The notes below the pieces were generated by a model. It ran no database searches. It was not told the DNA's origin and saw only the letters and a list, made by a program, of their open reading frames with translations. Shown piece after piece: positions 13,758 to 23,863 of a stretch of 64,000 nt of DNA. The stretch lies in the NCBI RefSeq assembly GCF_009914755.1, contig NC_060925.1; one strand, 5' to 3'. A program made the translations under genes and the position numbers. Origin of the DNA: the human T2T-CHM13v2.0 reference genome, Homo sapiens. How positions within the stretch are numbered: position 1 is the first letter of the stretch; the number at the start of each line of letters is the position of its first letter.

Positions 13758-14594
13758 GTACCCTAGGCCTCTCTTTTGACCTATTTTGTTCTCTTAGGGC
13801 CTAGGCCTTTGCACTCTGAGCCATGGGCACTGGTAATTTTCAAACTGCCTTCCAGGTTATTCTTCCACTGTTCTGATGAATAGCCCCAGGCTTCATTCTC
13901 CCCATAATAATCTCTTTATCAAATCGTTGCTTGGCTGCATCTTTGATTTCCTCTTCTGAAAATGTCCTTAATTTCTTACCACACAGCCAGGCTGAGAAGC
14001 CTTCAAATCCCTAATCCTGTTTCTCTTTTAATTATAAATTTTGTCTTTAAATCATTTCTCTCTTCTATTTTACTATATGCAGTTAAAAGAAGCCACACAA
14101 CTCCTTTAATATTTTGCTTAGAAATTTCTTCCACTGGGTAACCTAGTTTATTGCTCTTAAAGTCCCTCTTCCATAAAGGCCTAGGACATGGAAACAATTC
14201 TGCTAAGTTCTTTGCAACTGTGTAATAAGGATGGCCTTTGCTCCAGTTTGTATTACCTTTTTCCTCAGTTCCATCTGAGACCTCATCAGAATGATCTTTG
14301 CTGTCTATAGTCTATATTTTTATCAACATTCTGTCAAGACCACTTAAGTAATATCTCAGAAGATGCAGGGTCTTGCTTCAACTCTTGTTTTCTGAGCCCT
14401 CACCAGAAGTTCCCTTAACACTTCATTCACACTTCATTCACAGCAATCTAGACATTCTCTAGCCTGCTCCTCCAAATTCTTCTAGCCTTGGCCTATTACC
14501 CAATTTCAGAGCCACTTCCACATTTGCAGGTATCTGCTATAACAACAGCCTCACTCTCAGTACCAATTTTCTATCTTAAAATAGTCTCACATCT

Positions 14595-14727
14595 GCCAGG
14601 CATGGTGGGCCACACTTGTAATGCTAGTACTTTGGGAGACTGAGGTGAGAAGACCATTTGAGGCTGAGATTTCAAGACCAGCCAGGGCAACATTGTGAGA
14701 CCCTATCTCTACAAAAAAATTTAAAAA
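14595..14727 (+). mobile_element. FLAM_C / Alu left monomer
   Basis: Left monomer with A tail; degenerate TSD AAAATAGTCTCACATCT/AAAATGTTCTCACCTCT. Confidence 0.85.
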
Positions 14728-15014
14728 TGTTCTCACCTCTGGCAAGGAACTTCTTGATGCATTATTCCATGGCAGACGGTGGAAGGGAAAGAGAGCACAC
14801 ATTGGGGCAGAGAGGAGAAACTCACCCTTTATTAGGTACACCAGTCCTGCAACAATTAACCCACTCCTACAATAATGGCATTAATTCACTCATGAGGGAG
14901 AGGCCTTGTGACCTAATCATCTCTTAAAGTCCCCACCTTTCAACACTATTGCATTGAGAGTTAAGTTTCTAAAACGTGAACTCTTTGGGGGACACACTTA
15001 AACCATAGCAGCGG

Positions 15015-15712
15015 CCAAGCTGTCTTGTGTTTCTGGTGCATCTTGGGTGGAAGAAAATCCCTGCCCCTCCCCCAGTGGTAGGAGACCTCAGTGGTGTAGT
15101 TCTTCTATGTCTTCCCCACAGGTGAAGGGTTTTGTTTTTTTGGTTTTTTTTAACCATTTTTTTAGGGGTGGGGGCAATGAATCTTTACATGTGCCTTGTT
15201 TGGGGGGTGGTGACAATAGGATTCACTGCTCTCCCCAGTGGTTTAAGACTTTTGCTCCATATGGGAGAAGGGACCTGGGAAGGAATTATACCCTCAGAGG
15301 GGGCTAATCCCACTCTGCACATCTGCACTACCAGGGTGGGTCCTCTCCAGGCTCCCATCTGTCCCTACTCTTCCTGTGGTGGTTTGGGGCCAAGAGCCTG
15401 CTGGAGTGCAAACTCCTCTGTGTCTAGGGCTCCCAGGGCTCTTTCCTGTCACAGTAGCCCACGCTTGGCCTTTAGCAGTGTATTAACATTTTATTTGATT
15501 TCGTCTTGCCTGGGTGCACAGTGGCTGGTGCCTCCTTTGCCTGCACTCTGCTATAGGTGTACCAGTCTGTGCATCCCACTCTTCTTGATGGGGCTTCTTT
15601 CTTCTTGGGATTTGGGTAACTTTGTAGTCTTGCCACTTCAGCTGTCTCTGTTAGGGTGAAAAAAATGCTTTTTCCATCTTTTTTACACTCAGGCAGAAGC
15701 AGAACTTGGCTC
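15015..15712 (-). mobile_element. Old L1M/HAL1 5' region (antisense)
   Basis: Ends TTCCATCTTTTTTACACTCAGGCAGAAGCAGAAC, like the reverse complement of old L1M 5' ends; pyrimidine-rich body. Confidence 0.5.
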
Positions 15713-16214
15713 TTATTTTAATGATGTACCTTTGACCCAAATTTTCTGAAACCTCTTTTTGAGAATTCTCTTCTACATTGAATATCCCTGGTTTGTAGCA
15801 CATTTTTACTCTTTAAAAGTGAATTTGCTCTTTTAGGATAGCTTGAAGTAATTTTGAAATAAGTTTGATCAATAAATGTGTAAACCTGCTGAATACTGTC
15901 GCTTTTAATAACCATAGACTTACACAAGATGAGGCTATATAGTAATAATGAGAAAGGACTGTAAGAAAGTGTGACTTAGCCCATCCAGGTTTATTTCATC
16001 TTGGAATTGCTTTGATCTGATATTGAGACAGCTGCACTGGTCATTTTGAGGAACCATAGAGGCAGGAAAAAAGGAAAGAAAAGGTGCTGGGTAAGCACTT
16101 TAGAGGGGGAAGCTCCACCCACCATCATCTACATCAACACTGCCAAACAGTCACTAAATAATTATAACAATCTGACTTTAAGCAATTGGGCACATGCCTA
16201 GCTCCCTCTCTAGA

Positions 16215-16412
16215 GGATGGTGTGATAGGAAAAATCAACTAAAATTTGAGGGTCATCTCTGTTACTTAAAGCTATGCAAATTCCAGCACGTCATTCAACC
16301 ATCCTGAGTTTAATTTTCCCATCTAAGAAAAAAGATAAGCATAGCGCTATCCTGGGAGGGTGGCTGTGAGGCTCTATCAAAATAATGTATAGGAAGTGCT
16401 TTGTAAAGACCT
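16215..16412 (+). mobile_element. MIR/MIR3 SINE
   Basis: TTTTCCCATCTAAGAAAA...GGCTGTGAGG...AAGTGCTTTGTAAA. Confidence 0.7.
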
Positions 16413-16974
16413 AATCCAATGTTAGTTGTTAGTGATGAAGTTTTATTACTTTGTTTGTGAGAGATCTATCACTATCATAATTATTAACAATGATAAGTAT
16501 TTATTATCTATTATATTACATTAAACTATGATATTATTAAAATTATTTTAATGACTGCTTAATAAGTAGAAAAAATTTACATTTTTGAAAAAGATAGTAT
16601 AAGCTTACTCTTCATTAGATAGATCTGGGTCGCTAAAAAAATTCCTCTTTAAAAAATATTTTCCTTTACTCCTATATTATTTGTTAATATATTCCCTCTG
16701 GCATATCAGCCTTAAGACCGACTTTTTATGTGGTTTTATGTTTTTCCTGCATTGGGATATCTTTTATGATCAATGTTTATATTACTTTACTACAAGTGAT
16801 TTTAGAGAATGTGGTAGTTTTATTATATATATTTTATTACATATATTTTTATTATATATAATATATTCTTATAAAATTTATTTAGTTTTACTTAGCTCTT
16901 ATTATATCTTGTTGGAATATATGTTTTATACTGATATAAGTTGTTGCATATATATTTATTCAGATTGATTTTAA

Positions 16975-17140
16975 TTATCTTAAGCACTTTCCATATATAA
17001 ATTAATTTAGTCCTCACGACAGCCCTCTGAGGTTGGTAGTAGTATTATTTCCACTTTACAGTTGAGGAAACTGAGGTATAGAGAGGTTAAATAATTTGCC
17101 CAGGTCCTATGGCTACAGAGTGGAGAAGCTGGGTTTCACA
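16975..17140 (-). mobile_element. MIR SINE
   Basis: TTTACAGTTGAGGAAACTGAGGTATAGAGAGGTTAAATAATTTGCCCAGGTC. Confidence 0.9.
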
Positions 17141-17369
17141 GCTTGCTCTAAACAATGTGCCTGTAACTAGTGTGTAAACTGCCCAGGGGCTTCCCTATAG
17201 ACATGGACAAAATACCTTGCCTTACAGAGGAAGATGTGATGGATTACCCAGAATTTCTCTTGGGCTTCCAGTTATAGGCAGGTACCCTTTTTTCCTCTCC
17301 TGTTTTCAAAATAGAAGTTAACAACTGCCCTCATTCTATATGGATGCCTTCTACTTTTGTATCCATCAC

Positions 17370-18290
17370 AGGCCTGTTAGTGGATGTTCAATAGAGGCTC
17401 AATACGTGAATAAAAAGAGACTTCCAGGTGAGGCCTTCCTAACCAAGCCAGGAGTAAAGTCAGATTTTGGCAACAAATTACTATCATTTTTCTCTTTGTC
17501 CCAATCACCAGGGCCCAGGTCCTTCCTGCTCCAGAATGGGTCTCTGTTTGAGCCAGAGATGAAGGTGTGATGGGGTCAGAATGAGGTTCTCTCTTTTGAT
17601 GTTAAATGAATGGGAAAATAGTGAGTTGGCTCCCTTACAAACTTAGAGGCAAATTTCAAGTCTTGACATTTTTATTATTGAGGGGTATTTCAGACTGACA
17701 GATAATAAGAGAAGGTAGGTTATGCTGACAAACAGTAACAAGATACCCATTTTTTTTGTCGAGTTTCTAAGTCAGCTTGGAAAACTATTGGCTTATCTCC
17801 TTTCAAGCCAGCTTGGACATCTGTCACAGATAGAAGAAACATGCTGTGTAATGATGCTGAATGATGCTTCTCTCTTTGGAATGTACTGTCTCATCTTGGA
17901 AAATGTCACCAGCTCTTATGCATATGGCTTCTAATCCCCCTTTTGGCTACATTTTGCAAGTTGTAACTTCAGCTGATGGTGCCGAAACTTTGGTTATCTC
18001 ATCTTTAACAAATTTGTTAACAAACAGAATGATCCTGAATGACTGCCATGATCTTCGACGATGGCATTGACTTAAAAAAAATTTTCTGCAGCCCCTAATT
18101 ATTAAATTATAATTTAAAAAACTCCCAAGAAGGCCTTTTTTTCTGTTTTTATTAATGAACTTTAAACTTGAAATAGGCAAGCAGCTACATTCTATGGAAT
18201 TTGGCCAGTTATGTTTTATTAATGGAGGCCTGGATGACAGGCAAATGTTCCTTGACTTCTTTCCAATTGTGGTTTTGTGTAGTAGAAAGC
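17370..18290 (+). pseudogene. Fossil L1-type ORF1 (RRM + CTD)
   Basis: NLEA (17640) / IIEG-ISD (17674-95) ~ DLE..RI.G+PE; VEFLSQLGKLL (17758); QIEETCCV (17827) ~ IERAHRV; ETLVI...MIL (17984-18037); KKAF (18127); QLCFINGG..MFLD (18206-56) ~ A.L.+..G....F.D. Confidence 0.55.
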
Positions 18291-19648
18291 CATCATCCAG
18301 GATCTTCCCCAAGGCTGCATCATGGTTCCCCTGGGATCCTGTACTTTCAAATTGCTGTACGTGAGATTTCACAGACATGTTTACAGTGATGATTCACTTG
18401 ATATTTAATAACATGGTCTGGTATCCAGTCACATGTTTACAGTGTCTTGAACAAATATTTGGATCAAGGAATGTCCAAAAAGCAATTCTCTAAAATCTGT
18501 ATTGTGAAGACCTAACAGAACAAAATATCTATAAAGTGGAACTTTTTTTCATGATGAAGCCATGAGTAGGATATAAGTAAACATCTCCCTTTTTCTTGGT
18601 AAAAGAGGATGCTGGTAATGTGCAAGCTAAGAGATTCATTGAGTTTTAAACTAACTGTCCCTAGCATTAGAAAAAGAACAGCAGGAGAAGCAAACAGCTT
18701 ATATAAAATGCCCTGTTCATTTGAGGGTGAGTATTAGATTTGAAAGAATCATCATCCTTCTCCAAAAGGAGAGAGTTATAAAGGCCTAAGAACATTCCAG
18801 CAGACGTGGAAGAACTCCTCATTGTGACTGGAAGCCCCTTGGAAATCCTGTTAGATTCGTTGATTTCTGTTGCAAGCATCTGTGTGTACCCAAGCAATGC
18901 CCAAGTGTGCCTGGAGTGGGGGCCTTCTAAAGGAAATCTCTACTCATCAGATGATTCCCTTTGGGATGCTTCCAGGCCATCTCAGTCCTCTAAGGAGATG
19001 CTCTTGTGTCCAGCTCTTCCTCAGCATCTCAGAGGCTTTAAAGTATTTGGATGAACCAAGTAGATCCACATGGCAAATATCTGCTGAAGTACACATCTAT
19101 ACTAATAGGATAACATGAATTATGAATTGCCATTTTAAACCATGCCTGTGATAGAAGAAAATGACTGCAGTTGCAGCATCAAAGTGACAACATGCATTAA
19201 CCCCCTAGAGTCACTTCCTGACCCCTCCAGATGCACCAAGGTCAGTGAAGGTTCCCATGGTCAGGAGGATAAAGAATCAACACCACCACCTGTAATGGTC
19301 ACTTCAGTAGCTCGTCAACTTTAGCACATTAATTAATGTCTTCTTTCATGCAGCTGTAGGGTTGAATGAAGATCCGGCCTCTCTTTTCTAAGACAAGAAC
19401 TAGAGAATATATCTTCCCACTCAGTTATTCACAAGTAAAGAGGGCATTGGTGGGGAGCAATAGTGAATCCAGATAAACTGGTACAAATAAAACAAAGAAG
19501 CTGGGACTGTTTACAGATCAGCAGTAGGAAGGCTCATCAATCAAAAGTTGTTTTGCTGTGTGGCGCTGAAGAGAATTATAGTTATATAGCTAAGACTGTA
19601 AAAGAAGTTCCAATACTGCCCTAACCTGGTGTAAGACAACAGAATCTC

Positions 19649-20137
19649 TGTAGTGGACACCATGATTGTCACCCCAATTTCACTCTCCCCATTGTACTCC
19701 AGCCGTAAGGTTTGAGAGCTGATCCCCAGTCAGAGTAAGCCTATCCTCTTTTCCAAAACTAGAAGTTCAGGGCAATGAGACTCAAGGAAAGATTTGCTAG
19801 AGGCTTCTGGGAAAGAATATTATTACTCTTGAGAGTTTCTGGAAGTGACTTTCTCTCTTCACGGATGTGAACAAAACAGCTGTGGTACTGATTGCTACCA
19901 GCAGCACTCCTATGTTCATGAGGAGAACCAGCCTTAGGAGCAAGTGACCTATGTGGAAAGACAGTAGATACATGGAAAAAGAACCTGAGTTCTTAACGAC
20001 ATTGCTGCGCACCTGGGTAAACCAATGCTGAGGCACACTGTATTTCTGGACTTTTTAGTACATGGACCAATGCCTATCCTTGTTTTCAGTTTGAGTTTGA
20101 TTAATGAATCTTGCTGCTAAAAGCATCCTTACATACG
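19649..20137 (+). mobile_element. MLT1J/K-like MaLR solo LTR
   Basis: TGTAGTGG start; AGGCTTCTGGGAAAG; GAACCTGAGTTCTTAACGACATTGCTG; ends GCTAAAAGCATCCT. Confidence 0.8.
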
Positions 20138-21374
20138 CATTATTGTAGCAGACCTTTACGCAGGCACCAAGAGAAATTGTGGATCTCCCTGGTTAGGTCA
20201 ACAATCAAGGGATGGCCACTCTGCCAAATTTCAATTGTAGTATGTGAGATTTCAGAGAGGGCAGTAGTACACATGGATGAATCACCTAGTGTTTAAACGT
20301 GATCTACTATTCACTCATAAGAAATGTTTCATTGTAACTAATTTCTGTTGTGGTAGGATAGGTAGTCCAGGAATCAAACCCTACTAGATGGAATTGATGA
20401 TGAAGAGAGTAGCAGAAGAAGTCTAATGAGATATTACTAGTTTTAAAATATCCTAACAGGCTTACTTTCAAACAGGACTTAGAGATAAAGATCAGGATTG
20501 TGACTAGCTTGGGAGGTTTGTATGCAGTACAAGAAAATCTATACAAATTGGGGAAAAGGGCACCACTGAAATCTCTCCATTATGAAATACCACTGAGACA
20601 TTAGACTCAGCTCACCTCTGTTCTGAGGCAAATAGTACCAAAATGTCATCTAATATTTAGCGGTGACATGAATTTCTGTGGTATTTCAGGCTATTTATTG
20701 CAAAAATTTATATATTTATATTTTTTCCAAACACTGGGGAGTTTCAGTAAAGGCTTCATTCTCCGCCTTCCTCCCTCTCTCTTCCCACCCTCATTTCCTT
20801 TTTCTCTCACTCTGATTCTAGGTCCTTCTCTTGTTAATCTTTCGAATCCTTGGTTCTTATTCCAGCAACAGCGTGGAGGTGGGCAATGTGCATTGACATA
20901 CTTCATCTTCATTTCTTTTTATGTTCATGGGAATCTTCATAGCACATTGATCTGATGCTTTCTATAAGTCTATTATAAAATGTTGACGGGATTTTGTGGG
21001 TCTTCCTGATACTAGACAGATCTTCTGAAATTTAGTTATTCTTTTTTGGTTTGTTTACAAGATAAAAACCATCTGAGTGTCTGGGGCCCAAGGCCTAAAA
21101 ACCTCAACATCAGGGAACTGTAGTAGTCACCGCTCACCATGTCCTTTTCTTCTTCTTGTCCTTGTTCTTATTTTTTCTTTTTTTCCAGCAAAAATTGGTT
21201 ACTTTGCTTCTGTCACCTATTGAAAGAACTGACTCTTGATAGCAGGAATGAACCAAAGAATCTTTTGATTGTTTTAAGACAAAAAACCTTGAATGATTAC
21301 AGCTAAGACTACAACAAAGTGAAAAGATTTTGCAAAGCCCAGATAAGATAACACTGAAATCAATATCACTAAAC

Positions 21375-21571
21375 ATTTTCAGTAATTCCCTCTATCACAA
21401 AGCTTTCTGTGAACCTCTCCACTGAAATAAATCCTTTTATCTTTAGTACCTCTCTCACCTTACCTGTACCTCTCTTCTAAGACTGATTTCATTCTGGTTG
21501 ACTGTATAGGCTTTGGGCTGTGTTTTATTCATCTCCATATTCTGGTACCTAGTATAGAGCTAAGAGGTACA
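21375..21571 (+). mobile_element. L2 3' fragment
   Basis: AAGCTTTCTGTGAACC...GGCTGTGTTTTATTCATCTCCATATTCTGGTACCTAGTATAG. Confidence 0.65.
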
Positions 21572-21659
21572 TAGCACATGTTAAGTTAGCACATGACTAC
21601 AAAGTTTTAGGCCTTTAGCACATGTTAAGTTAGCACACGACTACAAAGTTTTAGGCATT
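21572..21659. repeat. 2 x 44-bp tandem duplication
   Basis: TAGCACATGTTAAGTTAGCACAYGACTACAAAGTTTTAGGCMTT twice, 42/44 identical. Confidence 0.95.
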
Positions 21660-21667
21660 TAGGCCTC

Positions 21668-22340
21668 ACTTACACAATAAATATTTACTGAGTATCTACT
21701 CAGTACCAAGCACAGTTCTGGGCACTGGGATATACTGTGATAAGTAGGACTGTCGAAGTCTCTGCCCTCATGGAGCTTTCACTCTAGTGGGAGAGACTGA
21801 TAATACACAAATAATATGGAATATAATGTCAGGCAGTGAAATGGCAATGGAGAAATAAGGATAAGAGGATAAAGAGGATGGGTGGGATGAAGGTAGAGCA
21901 CTATTTTGTGAGAACTCAGAGATGACAAAGGGGTAAATGAAGCCATGAAAATATCTGAGGAAGGAGCACTCTAGGCAGAGGGAATAACATGAGTGGAAGA
22001 GCAAGAAGGCCAATGTGACCAACAGGAATGCTCAGAGAGGAGGTTGAGACCAACAGAACGGGATCATATGGGATCTTGTAGGTCATACAATAGTATATTT
22101 TTAGTATGGTGGGAAACCAATGGAGGGTTTGGACAAGCAATGCACATGATAAGGAAGTTCATTTTAAAAAGGTTGTCCTGATTGCAATATTCAGAATGGA
22201 TTATAGTGGGATACAAGTGGATGCAACAAAACAGATTTGGGGAAAGTAACTTCAGTCTAAGTTGATTAGAGTATATGTGATTAGGGTGGTTAGCAGTGGT
22301 TAGATTCCCAATACAGTTTGGAGTTCAAATTATCAGGGCT
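21668..22340 (-). mobile_element. L2a LINE 3' region
   Basis: AATAAATATTTACTGAGTATCTAC...CTGCCCTCATGGAGCTTTCACTCTAGTGGG...CTAGGCAGAGGGAATAAC. Confidence 0.88.
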
Positions 22341-22438
22341 TATTTTGACCTATTAAAATTCTCCTAGAAGGTATGCACTTTACAGAAGTTACACTGAAGT
22401 GAAGGCTGATACTTGACTGGTCAGGCTATAATCTAACA

Positions 22439-23316
22439 CTGTGGTTCTCAAATTTCTTGGTTCCAAGACTATACTCAAATATTATTGAAGATCCCAGAGA
22501 GTTTTTGTTTATGTGGATTAGATCTACTGATAAATATATATTTTTAACATATTGGTTGATTCATTTAAAACCAACAATAATAAACTTAATAAACCAATTA
22601 TATGTTAACAGAAATAACGTAATTTTGTGAAAACTATTTTTTAAAACAAAAACATTAGTGAACATAATGGTATTGCTTTACAGTTTTGCTAATTTCTTTA
22701 ATATCAGAAGACAGCTGGATTCTCATTTCTGCTTCTGCATTCAGTCTATTGTGATATAGCATATCATGTAACTTCTGAAAAACTTCACTGTACACAGGTA
22801 AGATAATTTTAAATCAAGTTTAGACTAAAGCTGCCTCCTTATATATTTTAAGTTCAGCCTAAAGGTTTCTCTGTACGTCGTGAACTATCACCTAAATGGA
22901 ATTGTAAACAGACTGTGGCCTACTGTTGTGCCAATCACTGAGTTTTGGCCAATCAAATGTGGCCAACTGTCCAAATGAGGCAAATGCTGAGTTGTAACCA
23001 ACTCAGCTGTTTCTGCACCTCATGTCCGTTTTCTGTAGGTCACTTTCCTTTTTCCATCCATTCATCTTCCTCCATGTGGCTATGCTGGAGTCTCCAAGCC
23101 TACTCTAGGTTGGGACACTGCCTGATTCACGAATTGTTCTTTCTCAATTAAACTCTTTTAAATTTAACTTGGCTAAATTTTTTTTAAAACAAGAATGAGG
23201 GTAAAAAAGATCAATAACATATTAGTATTACTATTTTTAGATGCTGACCTCACAGACTCCCTGAAAGGATCTCCATGACCTCTATGGTTCCTTAGACTGC
23301 ACTTTGAGAACTATTG
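22439..23316 (+). mobile_element. MER119/Charlie4-like hAT element (interrupted by MER57 LTR)
   Basis: GTGGTTCTCAAA...GAGTTTTTGTTTATGTGG...TTCTGCATTCAGTCT...CACTTTGAGAACTATTG. Confidence 0.8.
22807..23191 (+). mobile_element. MER57B-like ERV1 solo LTR
   Basis: AAGTTTAGACTAAAGCTGCCTCCTTA...CTCAATTAAACTCTTTTAAATTTAA...AACA; 4-bp TSD-like ATAA/AGAA. Confidence 0.88.
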
Positions 23317-23594
23317 ACGTACAGGGAAAAATGCTCTTGGTGGTAAGATTACAACTCTATATAAAAGAGATAAAAGCATCAGTCCCATGAATTAGCATGA
23401 TAAAACCATTATAAAATGTCTTTATCACTTGTAATCACCAATGCTCTATAGAAAACCCGACCACAATTTAAAGATTGTTTTACATTAGGGGTCCATAACC
23501 TTTTAATTCCGAAAACACTAAGGGGTAAGCATGAAACAGCAAAGATTCTGACATAGGAGAACAAAGCAAGGAAAAAAAAAAAGAAAAAGAAACA

Positions 23595-23863
23595 GGCCGG
23601 GCAAGGTGGCTCGTGCCTGTAATCCCAGCACTTTGGGAGGTCAGGAGTTCGAGACCAGCCTGGCCAACATGATGAAACCCTGTCTCTACTAAAAATACGA
23701 AAATTAGCCAGGCATGATGGTGCATGTAATCCCAGCTACTCAGGAGGCTGAGGCAGGAGAATTGCTTGAACCTTGGAAGAGGAGGTTGCGGTGAGCCGAG
23801 ATAGTACCACTGCACTCCAGCCTGGGTGACAGTCCAAGACTCTGTCTCAAAAAAAAAATTAAT
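23595..23863 (+). mobile_element. AluS with a short left-arm deletion
   Basis: Dimeric Alu; TTTGGGAGG joined directly to TCAGGAG; TSD AAAAGAAACA. Confidence 0.93.

Noticed and set aside
15132-15659. Longest ORF in the track (175 aa)
   Set aside because: Non-ATG start, no recognisable domain, and lies in what appears to be antisense old L1 5' sequence
20490-20565. RIVTSLGGLYAVQENLYKLGKRA resembling the CR1 RT motif LQ.DL.KL..WA
   Set aside because: Surrounding motifs fit L1-clade ORF2 (the G..SGYK.N..K position) far better
21572-21659. Repeat pair superficially like a CRISPR array
   Set aside because: Only two adjacent copies, no spacers, eukaryotic context
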